NCBI GenBank assembly: GCA_043228905.1
Contig: JBHGNT010000008.1
Coordinates: 2,480,001-2,544,000 of the forward strand
DNA: 64,000 bases
From: Azolla caroliniana
Lineage: Eukaryota; Plantae; Polypodiophyta
Direction of reading: 5' to 3'
The notes below the pieces were generated by a model, which did not search any database, was not told where the DNA came from, and saw nothing but the letters and a program-made list of their open reading frames with translations. The translations under genes were made by a program, and so were the position numbers. This document shows, piece by piece, positions 11,301-25,691 of the stretch; the stretch's first letter is position 1; each line of letters starts with the position of its first letter.

Positions 11301-14300
11301 TACTTATAGATCTTCTTGTACTTTCAATAGCGAAATAATTATGCATTTAGCTTGGATACAGTTGGTTTTTATATGATCCTTGCAGAGTGAAGAAAAGGCT
11401 CTTACTAATTTATTATTTCTTTATTTGGAACATCATATTAGGAATTGCGATGGAGGCAGTTGGTAATTTGGTCAGCTTAGCAGGATCTTCCATTGATGAA
11501 TCAATGGTTAGCTGTCATAAAGCATTTATTTCTCATATGATTCACTGTCACAACTTTCACAAGCAGAGCAGTTATTTTGCTTCACTTTTTGCAGATTAGA
11601 TCCCTTAGAACCACACCAAGCAAGCTATTTGAATCTATAGAGAAATATGGTATGTGTTCTTACTAAGATTGACCATGGGATACATACCATAGCTTCATTG
11701 GATACATTTTGTATAAATATGAACTTTTTGATTAAACTTCGTCCTAATATACAGAAGATGGCACCCAATTCTTTAGTGAGAAGGAAGCCGATACTGTTAG
11801 TGGGGTAGGGGGACCATTGGCAGCTACTTCCTATGTAATCAAAGGAATAAAAACGCTTGCTTCTGTTATGCCTGGGAGATTCAAGGTACATGCTCTAAAT
11901 TTTATTGTTATTTTTTATGTATTTTATTCTGCCCAGATTCCTTCTGAGAATGTCAAACATGATCTAAATTCTATTGTTATTCTTTATGTATTTTATTCTG
12001 CCCAGGTTCCTTCTGAGAATGTTATTGGGATTGCAAACTTCTTTTTAAGTGCGGGTATACTTGGGAGTAGCGAGGATACTTACTATGTATTGGATGCATT
12101 GAGTGCATTAGAAGCAAACAGGTGAGATTCAAAGCACCATGACTGCCTTACATAGCTTGATCTTCCAAATCAGAACTGTAATACCCACTATTATTTTTTG
12201 GCACAGCTTTGCAGTACCACTGCTGATTTCTGCATCCCCATTAGTTCTTTCTCTAACGCAAAAGAGCGTGCTCAAGGTATTTGTGTTGAAGCTATTTTTT
12301 TGCTAAAGTAAATTCCTCTTTCTGTCATATGTCCCACATGTCCACAATGGCATCGGTGGTTTACTGGTTGATAAATATGTGTTCAGGTTACAGTCACAAC
12401 AGTATTAGGATCGCCAGTTCCGGCAACTGTAACCCTAAGTAAGGCAATGAGGGAAGGCCAGAAAAAACCTTTTTTGACCAATAAGGTATGGTATTGATAG
12501 AATACAGTTGAATAGAAGTTAAAAAAATTCTGAGTGACAAGATTCTTTGCAGGTTCTTGAATCCAATGCGCATAATCTTATTCATACACTACAAATAGCT
12601 GATAATACATTTGATTTGGGTAAATTTGTGCTAGATTTTGAGGTAAGATATTTGTCGAATAGTAATAGATTTCGCTGTTCTAATTGAAAATATGGATCTC
12701 ATTTCCATCTTGAGTGTTCTATATCGCTTATTGTCTAATAATGTCAGGTTAAAGTACTAGAAGAAGGCAATTATATTGTAGGAAGTCATTCTACAATAAC
12801 AATCTTAGTCACTGGTCTTGCTTCTATTGAAAATGTGGAAATAAGAGTGCTTGACAGTGACACTGGGAGTGCAGACATCACAAAGAGGTTGGTTGTATAT
12901 TACTGCATTTATATGAGTTCTCACAATAAGCGTCAGATGAATTAATTAAGGTTGTTTGTAGGAAACTGGTTGAAACGTAAAATTGAGATCTAATAATGCC
13001 CAGACATGAATATCCTAACTGTGATAAATAGGTTGCTTATTTGGATACTTCTCTATCTTTATATTATTAGAAAGCATCTTGATTCACATAAGCCATTGAC
13101 CTCCAGTGTATTAGCTCCTTCCTAATTTAGTTTGGATCTATCTCCATATGTGCTTGATAACTATAGGTGGGATCCATCAACCAAGAGCCAGGTTTCACTT
13201 TTTGCAACTCATCTTCAGAAGCTGCACTTCTCATTGGATGTGCTTTCTCCCCTGAAGACTCCTTTCAAGCCACATCAGGTGCGTTATAGGAAATAAAAGC
13301 ATAGAAGTGGTATAGTTAGGATTTAAACCATCACTCGTAGTCCATGAATTGTAAAAGAAACCAATTACTGCTTCAGGTATTCTTAAAGTTGAGGCATGGG
13401 AACAAAGCTGAGCATTTGTTTCTGTTGAGTTCAAGCGGGCAACAATTTGAGCGGACCCTGGTATCAATTGTAATTGCACAATATTATTTGTCAATAATAT
13501 CTCATCGTTTACCATCAATATTTATTTGTGAGATATGTCATTGCTATACAGGATCTTCTTGCCCTTGTCGAAAAGCAGCTCAATTATCTTTCTGGAGTGT
13601 ACACAATTGAATTAAGTATTGGTGATGATGCTATGGTTAGAACAGTGTTTAAACCCCATCTATAATATATGTGTTTATATTTTGTAGTCAGAGATTGTTG
13701 AGTATGGTTTATGTTGAATACAGGAAAACTCACTGGTATGGAACTTGGGAACTGTAGAACTAGACTTGCCAGATGCCCCCGAGGGTGTACAGAAACCTAG
13801 TGGTGCAGAAATCTCTTCACCATTTGGCCCCAAACCAGAAATAACTCACATATTTAGACAAGCTGACAAACGTGCACCCTCCTCACTCTCAACCGCATTC
13901 CTGGTCCTGACTCTTCTGCCACTGTTAGGATTTCTTGTTGGAGTAATCACTGACGCCCTTAATCACTTTTTTTTTACCTGTCATGTATTTTTCGTTAACT
14001 GTTTTCTTGTATGATGTAAATGTCTTAACTTGTCTCTCTTATTTGTTACAGCTCAAATTTTTGGATATAAATGTGAAGCTCTTTCCAAAATCAGGGCTTC
14101 CAACGGTTGCGGCTCTTTGCTTCCATGCTGGCATCGCTTCTATTCTAGGGCTGTATGTACTATTCTGGCTTAAGGTCAGTAACTTCATTATGCTTTGCTA
14201 CATGAGCAAATGTATTGATTGATGCAACCTTTATGTGAAGAATATTTCTGATTGAAAGACCGCATCATTCTTGTTCCTCATGATCTGTTTTTAAAACCAT

Positions 14301-14761
14301 GCATATAAGGAATACACCTTTTTGTAGAATTTAGGTTGTATTGTAATATAATTGGTGATCTGTATCTGTATCTGTATCTGTATCTGTATCCATATCCGTC
14401 TTACAGGAAAAGGCACGCATTGAAATATAGCATGAGAGGTATCCATTTATTGGGCCTATGACAAAACTAACTTGAAACAAGCTTTCTGTAGAGTCAAAAG
14501 ACCACTTCGTTTTCTACTAGATAATGCATTCAACAACTGTGTGAACTTTGATAAGCAGTCTTTCTTTGTCCTGCTAAGGACTATTGTAATTTAGGAACTT
14601 ATGTACATAATTACATATCTCATGGATCTCTGTATTTCTTGCAGTTAAATCTATTCCAGACATTGAAGTTCCTTGGTATCCTGGGATCAATTATAACCAT
14701 ACCAGGTTATTACATTCTTTCATACTTGGCTGATTCCTCATCCAAAATCAAAACAGCATGA
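8366..14761 (+). CDS. RPN2: Ribophorin II, oligosaccharyltransferase subunit 2 (Arabidopsis HAP6 homolog), about 19 exons
   Basis: Signal peptide MAASQKSLLLLLIFVLQLCIARS. In-frame GT-AG exons start near 8366, 9850, 10115, 10302, 10464, 11442, 11596, 11754, 12006, 12207, 12387, 12553, 12748, 13167, 13377, 13552, 13723, 14052 and 14645. Motifs: FKPHQVFLKLRH, IGDDAMEN, FGPKPEITHIFRQADKR, three C-terminal TM helices, LFWLKLNLFQTLK, and ...SSKIKTA* (TGA 14759-14761). Confidence 0.93.
11030..11272 (+). repeat. Intronic ~120-bp tandem duplication
   Basis: ACACACTTCCAGCTT..GCTCAGTTTGAATTTCTAC.ATTACTCAGC.TCATGACTTATT occurs twice (~11038 and ~11158). Confidence 0.8.
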
Positions 14762-15489
14762 GTAAGCATAGATGAACAGTATAATTGGCAACCAAAGCAT
14801 GAGAAGCAGGTTGCAGGGCAGAGATTCAAAGTTCAGTGAAAATTGCAACAGGATGTGGATAATATTAGTATAGCATATTCTGAGCGGATTTTTAAATTTT
14901 GTTTCTAACGGAACTGATCAGAAATTTCTGTTTAAAGAGTTTTAGTTTAAGCCTTCTTATTCACCCTTTTGTAACACTGAATTATATTGAATTCGTGTAG
15001 TTGAAAGATTCAGTACTGAATCATTTTCTAGTGGTTATAGCATTGACATTGTGCAAGCATTATAGATCTATGCTATTTAGAAAGCATATAAAAGTCATCT
15101 TTTCCAGCAATGCTCAACCATTTCATGTTATCTACCATGATAATGTTTTCTACAATCCTCTATTTGTTCGCACCTCTTATGAGTCCTCTTTTAGGGAGGG
15201 GATGGAATGAATCTGTAGAAAAGCTATTCATGAAATGGCTTTGATTGACTTTCTGTAAAGCTTTTCTTGCAGAATCAAGCAACGGAAACAAAATGTCTAA
15301 TGTTTCTTCTTATACTAGAGTTCCACTTTTTACTTTGAGAAGAGAAATTTTTAATTCCTTGATACTTTAGGAACTTTGGATAATACATGTGATATACTGT
15401 ATCGAATAAGAGTATGTTCTATGAAGCGCAAACATCCTCTCTAGAAACTAAGAAGCTTAGTCAGAGAGATCCGAGTAAGAGAAGGTCAC

Positions 15490-15800
15490 AAGAATGTACA
15501 AATTCAGGTTGTGTTTTGGAAGCATAAATTAAGGTTTCTTAACTGTTAGAAAATGAGATTACTACTCAATAAGAGTAGGTTCTGTGAATGGCAAGCAATC
15601 TCTCTGGAATACCAATCAACTTGTTCAGAGAGTTTTGAGAACAAGAGTACAAATTCAGGTTGTGTTTTGGAAGCACAAATTCAGGTTTCTAAACTGTTAG
15701 AAAATGAGATTGCTACTCAACAAGAGTACGTTCTGTGAATGGCAAGCAATCTTTTTGAATACCAATCAACTTGTTCTGAGAGATTTGAGAACAAGAGTAT
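15490..15800 (+). repeat. Degenerate ~150-bp tandem repeat downstream of RPN2
   Basis: GTACAAATTCAGGTTGTGTTTTGGAAGCA..CTGTTAGAAAATGAGATT..GTTCTGTGAATGGCAAGCAATC occurs twice. Confidence 0.8.
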
Positions 15801-18800
15801 CACAAGGATGTAAAATAAATCTGATTTGGAAGCACAAATGCAAGGTATAACACTGTTCATAATTTTGATTGCCACTGTACATTCTTCACTCCTTATGGTA
15901 GGTAACGTTTTATGGGGCCTACAACTCATATCGCTGGCCTGTAGAATGTGTTGACTTATCATCATCATCCAACTAAAATTTTCGGTTGATTGTCATGCGT
16001 AAATAATAAATTATAGTATGAAAGTCATCATATCATTCAATGAATAGGCATCAATCAAAGTCTTCTGTCTAGTTAATTCCCAACCTTCAAGAGGCATTTG
16101 TAGTAAGCATGATCAATGTCTCTTGATTGCATAATTATTGGTAATTGTTTGAGATGGGTACACAATCCTGACCATGTATCTCTATTGACATCATAATTAA
16201 CGTCATTGATGTCAGTTTAGTTTATAACTGACCCAATCAATTTCTTTGCGGATGGTTGGCATAATGAATCTGTGGAGTAACATCTCTCTATTTTTTATTC
16301 AGCATCATTAAATTCCATTAGTCTTTTTTATTTGTTTTAACTATAGATTTTCAGTATGTGTCATGTACAACAGTGCAAGTAAGGCTCACCCAACAAGATC
16401 CATGTTAGAATTGTATTACTTGTCTAGTGCTCCGAGGCATGAATCTCCCTAATCGTTGTGCACTTGAAGTTATTTATCTTTGTTAGCATGGTTTCTTTGT
16501 TTGTGCCAATCTACTCATCATATTTCAATCCAATGTTCATGTATGATTGAGTTATTGATATGGTGACTAAACTTTCATTGGAGTTCACCATTGTAAAAGG
16601 AGTTACTTTGGAATGTTGAAATCTACAGAGCTTCAATCTTTTCTTGCAGGCGTACTCAAACCCATTGCCATTGTTTGGGTCCGTTTCCACTAGGTTTCAT
16701 TGTTTTGTCTTTTATGGAGAATATTTACATAGATAAACTTCAAGTCTTTTGCTTCATGTATGAAAAAAAATAAATTGCAATGTATTGATTAACAATTTGC
16801 TTTGTATTTCATATTGTACATTGTTTGTAAACAATATATTATATGTTTCGTCCACATCTTTTAAATTAGCAATTGGCGATATAACCCAAAAGATAGGTAG
16901 TGGGATTGACGCTCATCATTTCCACATAATGCGGCAAAAATTTGACCGTGTTGTACTTCAAAGACGTGCCCACACTTTGTGTTTTACTTTAATGGTCACC
17001 ATGAGGCTCATTTACGCTCGGGTCCTTGGTATGACCAACTACTAGTCACATTATGTCCTTAGGGGCAAAGTGTACTTGTAACCATGCATGTAAATAAACT
17101 ATGAACCAAATTGATTTGTCATGGTTTATTTATTAATTTGTTCATAACGGACGTAAGAGAGAGAGAGAGAGAGAGAAAGTTGACATGTAGTTTTCTAAAC
17201 ACGTGAAGGACAAGGCAATTGATTACTTTGGAAGAGAAACTACATCAAGTTTATCTTTTGAAATTCGTGAAATTAAATTTTAGAATACGTGATGGTCATC
17301 AAAAGATAGTTGAACTTGTAAATTGTAATCCCTTCCAAAGGATGCATTTCACTCTCTTTTTTTATCCTTCCTTTCGTCATAACTTCTTTGTTATCTTCTT
17401 TAGAAGTTCTCCCATCTAGTATAACTCCAAAAAGTATAGTGTTAAACCATGCTATTGTTTTGTTAGCAAAAAGATAGTTATAAGTTTAAGAACCATCACG
17501 TCCACTTTCTAATGACTCTCCATTTCGTCTTTTACAAAAATATATTTCACTTTTGTGCTTTTGAATATAATCTTGAATGTTCCCTTTTAGTATAGTAATA
17601 ATAGTTTAGATTTTCCCTTTTTGTTTTGCTTGGTTTGCATATGGTCATGTAATCATTTCAATCATTTAATGGTTATTACACTCTTGCGAGATGTGATGAT
17701 TTCGATCATTTATGATTTGTTGGCCATCTTCCATACGAAACCATCGACCTCATGTTTTTTTCTCTAGTGTGAAGCTTTGTTTCACATAGTTTTGTTAATG
17801 GGGTCATTGATTTACCGCAAAGTTTTATTTGCAACTTTTTTGCAATTATGGGGCCATTGATTTACCCCAAGGATTTGCTTGCAACTGTTTTGCAAATGCA
17901 GAGTAGATTTCAGCTCATTTGGGTCCATTTTAAAGGAAGTATTTTACTCAAAGGTCATTTGCTCCTTTAGAGAGTCTTTTAACACAAAACCTTTTGTTCT
18001 TAAGAGAGCAAGTGCATGTACACAATATCTTGGGTCCTTTAGAAAGCAAGTTTATGATGCTCAAACTATTGCCAAATCAATTTATTATGCTTATCTCATG
18101 TTTTTTGAACCCGTTCTCTTGTTGCTTCTTTTCCTCATATATAAAGTACATTTTGTTTTTAAGTTCGTGTTTGTCCTTTTAGACTCAAGATCCTTTTGAC
18201 TCCTAAGTACCTATCAAGGTAAAACCGTGGGAGTTTGAACAACATTCAACATGGTGCAATCACTTCACAAAAAAGGGTCATAACTTAAATTGTCATGTCT
18301 ATTATCCAATATTTGGAATATACAAAATATATCAATGTGCCACCATTTCCATGATACATTTATAGAATTTGAGGACATCTAGCCATGTGGTATACCATGC
18401 CTTCACAAATAAGGTATTCTAAGTGCATTTATTAGTACACAATCAAGCTACGGATTTTTTCTTACAAGTTTTTAAAAGAATCGCCTCTTTTTTAGTATGT
18501 GAACATCAATTTTGACTCCTTTGAAGAGATTGAGATGTTTTGTACTAGTTTGAAATGACTTATATTCAAGAAATAATTAGATAAGGAAACATTGTTTGCT
18601 TTTATTAAGCCTACACAATTTATTGAATACATAACAAGCCAACTAAGTAAAATTAAAAGATCAATATATAAACATGATGGGGTGATTACAATAATTTGTG
18701 CTTTGCATCAATAGGTTGTGGGTCCAAGCTTGATGCAATTTCTCTAACATTGTGTGTATTCTCAAAATTTCCGTCATTTTAGTTCTACATCATGCACACC

Positions 18801-18982
18801 AACCATTTGCTCTTAAAAAGAGAATTTACAATGTTGATGTTGACGTTGACAATTGCTTTACAGAGTAATGAACAAGAACTTGAGTATTGCCATTTAAACA
18901 TAAATGGGTGACAAATGGTTATTGGAAAAGGCGATATGTATGTGTGAATAATTAGAGTATTGAGAGCTACAATGCTCTAAAA

Positions 18983-19309
18983 TATTGTGAAAGATGACGG
19001 CAAATCTGATGAATTATAATTTATCTAATGATGGAATAAGGCATAAGAAAAGAAGAGAAGAGAAGTTCTAACTTCTATATAATCGAAACACCGGAACAAT
19101 GGGAAAAGACCACGTGAATTAATCCTTGATACCCTAGTTTTATGTATTGTGAAAGATGACGGCAAATCTGATGAATTATAATTTATCTAATGATGGAATA
19201 AGGCATAAGAAAAGAAGAGAAGAGAAGTTCTAACTTCTATATAATCGAAACACCGGAACAATGGGAAAAGACCACGTGAATTAATCCTTGATACCCTAGT
19301 TTTATGTAT
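18983..19309 (+). repeat. Perfect 162-bp tandem duplication
   Basis: TATTGTGAAAGATGACGGC...CCCTAGTTTTATG at 18983 and 19145. Confidence 0.95.
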
Positions 19310-20754
19310 CAAGAATACTTTGACCTTAGTTTATACTCTTGAAAAAACAATTTAAAGGGTATACAAAGTTGTGTTAATCAATGTATAATCAGATGGTTGG
19401 AGATGCAAGGGCGAGGGACAAAATAGAACATGGACAAGTTATAGCCTTCCCTTCCAAATGTTGTGCTTAACAACATTACAATTGTGCATTCTGGTGGTAT
19501 CAGTCAATGAATTTGATGTTGTGTTAAATATGAAAACTCTTCATAAACTTAGCTTGAGATCGTACACATTGTACCAAATTGAGAATGACAAATTTCTTAA
19601 ATTTAGGCTCATATCATGTACTCTCCTAGTTACTCCTCAAAGTACAAGTTTTCTGCATAGATGCTGACACTTTCCACAATACAAAGATTGCAAACAAGTC
19701 ATGTTGCCTTTTTAAGATGGAAATATTTTGGAACAATATCCACATAGATTGATGACTAATCACGAGACCGAAACATCACAAGCAATCTAATATTATATCA
19801 TATCATGTGCGTTGATTTTATCTCATTGAAATGCACATAATACACATAGAAATTGCACCTTGATGGAGAAATATACTATTTCATGCTACTTCAAGTTCCA
19901 ATGCAACCCAAGATGAGAGTGATACCATTTAAAGCTATTGGAGACACCTTTCAAGATGAAACTAATGGAAGGCATGCTTTTGTGTGTCTATTTCGTGGAT
20001 CTAAACATCGATACACTAAGAGATTTGATCAATGATTAAAAAAAGACAACAGCCTCCAATTTACTTATTTGATGCATAGTGTCATGTGATAGGATTATTT
20101 GAGATATGACTATATACCAACTCAAGGATTTGGCGCTAACCATCTTTTTGCTCGACTTAACATTGCACGCCAATATTGGACGGGGGGAATCCCTCAAACA
20201 TGTAATTAAGCACGATAATCAAATTAAATGGTGTACCCTTCTCGATCTACCCTGTAACAACTAATAACGCTTGGTGGAAATGTTGTGGCATGTGCATAAA
20301 TGATGTCTTCCTTTCATAGATGGATTGTCAACTACGTTTGGGCTTGGTGGTCTTAGGTTAAACTTAAAGGCGCTTGATTCCATAGCCTCTACACATAATA
20401 AGACAAACAATAGAAAAGGGTCGGATGAGTCAATAACTCAAAGATTGATTCCGCAATGTGTCTTGGCACGCATTGCCAGAGAGAGAGAGAGAGTTGATGC
20501 ACCCATACCACCCATTTGTGGAGGGGTGTGTATGATACTTTTAGCAAAAACATGAACAAATTCAATTTTTGTGTGTGTGTGTGTGTGTGTAGTAAGGAAT
20601 TGGGAATGTTTGTGGAAATTAAGACCAAATACTAAAAAGCCCAATGAATGAAGGAATGTCATAGAAGTAAATTGTAATAGTAGTGGGTAGTTGAGGAATA
20701 TGAGCATCAAAACATGGCCATGATGGGGGGTTGGGGGGGAAATCTCCACACACA

Positions 20755-21480
20755 TGTACATACATTCATACATACATTCATACATTCACTCAATCAATCC
20801 ATCATACATACATACATACATTCAATCCATCATAACATACATACATTCATTCATTCATTCATACATACATACATACATACATACATACATACATACATAC
20901 ATACATACATACATACATACATACATACATACATACATACATACATACATACATACATACATTCATACATACATTCACTCAATCGATCATACATTCATTC
21001 ATTCATTCACTCAATCAATCCATCATACATACATACATTCACTCATTCATACATACATACATACATACATTCAATCCATATAACATACATACATTCATTC
21101 ATTCATTCATTCATACACTCATACATACATACATACATACATACATACATACATACATACACTCATACATTCACTCAATCGATCATACATACATTCAATC
21201 CATCATAACATACATACATACATACATTCATTCATTTATTCATACACTCATACATTCATACATACATTCACTCAATCGATCATACATACATTCATTCATT
21301 CACTCAATCAATCCATCATACATACATACATTCACTCATTCATTCACTCAATCAATCCATCATACCTACATACAATATGATACATATATACATATATACA
21401 TACATACATACATACAAAACAATGCAATACAATATAATACACACATACATACATTTATTCATTCATACATCGATACATGT
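20755..21480 (+). repeat. Compound (CATA)n/(CATT)n microsatellite array
   Basis: Long ACAT runs interspersed with CACTCAATCAATCCAT units. Confidence 0.95.
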
Positions 21481-22131
21481 CATACATAACATACATCGCA
21501 ATTCAAGACATACAATACATATTAGATACAGCACAATAAAATACAATACATACAATACATGCATGCATGCAGGCATGTATAAGACATATTACATAATATC
21601 ATGCATAAGACATCACATAACAATCAGAATTACCATGTAACAAGCAGAATTACCACATTATAATAATCCACAAAATATTATGGAAAAAGAAAGGGGGGGG
21701 GGGGGGGGGGGAGCTCCTTTAATATGGCATTTATTTTGATGAGGATCAAAGGTGTTACTTCAAGAACAAAGAATCAGAATGACAATTTGTTTGGTTTTTT
21801 GGGTTTTTATTGATGTATTATGAAGTGGGTTGTTCATTTTTGGGAGAAAGGGAGGGGCCTGACTGACTTGGCAAATTATGGCATACTGTAAATAAATTCA
21901 CTCTTCTCATCCTTAGTAATTACAGGGGTAGTTGAGAATATTATGGCTACATATTATCTACTAGTTTTGGATGATTATTGTGCAATTACAACCAAAACAG
22001 AAAGTCTAGGAAGCATGATATAAAAGGGAAATCTAGAACACACCACAGTATAGAGTGGGAGAGTGATTTGGAAGCTTCCATTAAAGCTTGCTGGTAGTCG
22101 TAGTAGTAGCAGCAGAAGCTGTTAGTAGATC

Positions 22132-23476
22132 ATGGCTACTTATAATAATAAGTCTATGAAGCTGGATTATGCTGTAATCTCATCATTAACAGTGGTGATG
22201 GTGATGGTGATGGTGATCCAATTGAGTAATGGGCAAACTATGCCTACCATCAATGGTTATGGTAGCAGTAATGTATCTTATTCTTATCCTAATCCTACAT
22301 ATTCCAAGCCACCATTCCCTGGCTTCTTCATCTTTGGGGACTCATTGGTGGATGTGGGCAATAACAACTACATTATCTCTGTGGCAAAGGCCAATCAACT
22401 CCCCTTCGGTGTTGATTTTCCGTCTGGCCCTACTGGCCGCTTCTGCAACGGCAAGACAGTCCTGGATGTCATAGGTATATATATATATGTGTGTGTGTGT
22501 ATATACCAATCCATCATATCGTTGCATGTTTAATCTCAAATGACTCTTTTGGATTCGATCCGTAAACCTTGCTTCCATTTGGATTCAAATTTATACGCAG
22601 CTCACAAATCTCTCTCAATCCAACTCCTTTAAAGTATTGTCAGAATCTCTCAGATTGATTTCGATACATTTTTGTGGCTCTCTCGATCGAATCTTGCTGC
22701 TATGCTGTATCCCAGTGTTGTGCTGGATTCAATGCGCCTGTCTCTAGTTTCTATTGATCTCGAGTCAATTAATTCATTCGATCTGTTTAATAGCCTCGTT
22801 TCAATACAATTTAAAAACGCAATCTTGATCAACTCGATATGATTTTATGTTCCATCGAATCAACGATTGTCATGTTAATGAAATTAATTCTACACAGTTA
22901 TCTGAGTGTCTAGGTCTCACAAATTATTCTATTCATTTTGATTTTGCAGCGGAGATGATTAAGCTTCCATTCCCTCCACCTTACTTGAATCCAAACACGA
23001 CAGGGAAAGCCATTCTACAAGGGGTAAACTTTGCATCTGGAGCCGGAGGATACCTACGAAGCAGCGGATTCAACTTTGTAAATGCTTCTTTATTTGATCA
23101 CATCTCTGCAAATCTACTAATCTTGATGAATGTCTGTGTGTGTATAGTGACATACATACATGTGACGGATTGGAAGAGTGATTTCTAACATTTCGTATAT
23201 GTTTTTATGTGATGCATTGCTATGGCATGACAGATTGGAAGTTCAACTTTGTAAATGCTTCTTTTCTCGATCACTTCTCTGCAAATCCACTAATCTCGTT
23301 GAATGTCTGTGTGTGTATAGTGACATACATATATGTGACGGATTGGAAGAGTGATTTCTAACATTATGTATATTTTTTTGTGTGATGCATACATATGGCA
23401 TGACAGATTGGAAGTTCAACTTTGTAAATGCTTCTTTTCTCGATCACTTCTCTGCAAATCCACTAATCTCGTTGAA

Positions 23477-23515
<39 letters not shown>

Positions 23516-24435
23516 TGACATATATAAATGAGACGGATTGGAAGAGTTATTTCAAGCACAATACACCTTAATTCTATATTTTTTTGTGTGATGCATACAT
23601 ATGGCATGACAGATTGGAATTTCAGCTTTGTAAATGCTTCTTTATTCGATCATTTCTCTGCAAATCCACTAATCTTGTTAAATGTCTGTGTGTGTGTGTG
23701 TGTGTGTGTGTTGAGTGACATACATTATATATGAGACGGATTGGAAGAGTGATTTCTGACACATATCTATGTATATGTTTCTGTGTGATGAATACATATG
23801 GCATGACAGATTGGAAAAATGATTGATGAATACATATGGTATGACAGATTGGAAGAGTGATTTGTAACACATATCTATGTATATGTTTCTGTGTGATGAA
23901 TACATATGGCATGACAGATTGGAAGAGTGATTTCTGACACATATCTATGTAATATATGTTTCTGTGTGATGAATACATATGGCATGACAGATTGGAAGAG
24001 TGATTTCTAACACATATATATTGTATATGTTTCTGTGTGATGAATACACATGGCATGACAGATTGGAAGAATTATTTCTAACACACACATACACACATAT
24101 ATATATATGGCATGCACAGATTTCTAACACATATTTATATGTTTCTGTGTGATGTGTATATATGTGGCATGGACAGATTGGAAGAGTGGATTTTGACACA
24201 CAAATCGAGTGGTTTAGCAATACCGCCCAGCAGTTGAGATCTCAGATGGGGCCAAAGGAAGCTCAGAAGCTCTTGGCACAGTCGCTGTTCATCACTGTGT
24301 TTGGGAGCAATGACTATGTCAACAATTACCTGCTCAGCTACTCACCCCTCAACAAGGTCTTCTCACCCCTTGAGTTCAAAGATGTCATCCTCCAGAAGAT
24401 TGCTACCCAAATCACAGTTAAGTATCCATCCATCC

Positions 24436-24469
<34 letters not shown>

Positions 24470-25691
24470 GAATCAATCAAGAATCAATCAATCAATTATG
24501 AATCAATAATCAAATACACACACACCAGATCAAATCATTAAAACCACATCATATACATAACACACCTCAAAGTGCATAGCAATGCATACCATATAAGATA
24601 TCCTAACATTCCTGCAGGTATGTATAGCTTAACATACCATATCCGATCACATCATCCTGACATAGCTTTTTCATAGCATTTCATTTCATGACTATCATAG
24701 CATATAGCATGCCTTAACAATTGCATGTCAGTATGCCATAGCATATCAACCCTAAGTTTTGGGTACCTTCCATTCCCAACATGCTCATCTCATCACATGG
24801 GAAACATGTCTTACAACTTTGCTAACCCTAACTAAATCTCAGCAATAGGAAGTTTGCACAATTATAGTAACACAATGATGTTGTAAAGCTTCTTTTGATA
24901 TGTGGACAGCATAGCATGATTATACACATACATGCACTTCATAAAACCCTTGTTGTTTCTTTTGTTAATAGGAAATTTACAAGTTAGGAGCACGGAAAAT
25001 TGTGGTGGCGGGGGTGGGTCCGATTGGGTGCATTCCTTCGCAACTTGTTCGGCAGCGTAGTGTGAAAGGAGAATGTAGCGATTATGTGAATGAAATGGCA
25101 AAAGACTTCAATAAAGGGCTTGAGTCGATCATCATCCAACTCAATGATCAACTTACAAGTGCAAATGTCTTATATGCGGACACATTCACGCCGGTCATGG
25201 ACTATGTGAACAACCCTCATAAATACGGTAAACATAAATAAACACTCGGAAAAACCATCAAAACATCCCTAAGATATTGGGTATTATGGTTTTTAGAGGG
25301 TATTGTCAAGGTGGCCATTAAGATTAGTAAAGATAACCAACAACATGGGGGTGGTTTGATGCATATATTCATATGTTTGAGAGTTATCTTTGACAATATA
25401 ACATGCACGAAGTGGTGTCATGGACTTCCTTAGTAGTGAAATCCCTAATGTGGTGATGGGTTTTGATGATTTTATCGTTTGTGTGGATGTGTAGGGTTCA
25501 AGTATACATCGGAGGCGTGTTGTGGGGCAGGAAAATACAAGGGCCAACTTTTGTGCGTCCCTATATTGAAGCCTTGTGCAGATAGGAAGGACTATGTATT
25601 TTGGGATGCATTCCATCCGACCGAGGCCACCAATGAGTTACTTGGTAGAGACCTCTTCTCTATTGTCAAGCCTATCATCAATGATCCGTGA
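22132..25691 (+). CDS. GDSL esterase/lipase (SGNH hydrolase), secreted, 5 exons
   Basis: Exons 22132-22474, 22950-23077, 24177-24416, 24972-25227, 25495-25691. Signal peptide; blocks FIFGDSLVDVGNNN, PTGRFCNG, GVNFASGAGG, FGSNDYVNNY, GARKIVV..GPIGCIP, ACCG and YVFWDAFHPTE. Confidence 0.95.
23069..24190 (+). repeat. GDSL intron 2 composed of tandem copies of itself including both splice junctions
   Basis: Unit TTCAACTTT|GTAAATGCTTC...GGCATGACAG|ATTGGAAG (about 170-210 bp) starts at ~23069, 23242, 23415 and 23621. It is followed by ~60-bp acceptor-side sub-repeats at 23760-24090. Confidence 0.9.

Noticed and set aside
19004-19200. CTGATGA motifs in the 162-bp duplication (also at ~2936) as hammerhead cores
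   Set aside because: No stem II followed by GAAA and no closing stems.
20714-21640. HTYI-repeat ORFs (also 37148-37611)
   Set aside because: Translations of (CATA)n microsatellites.
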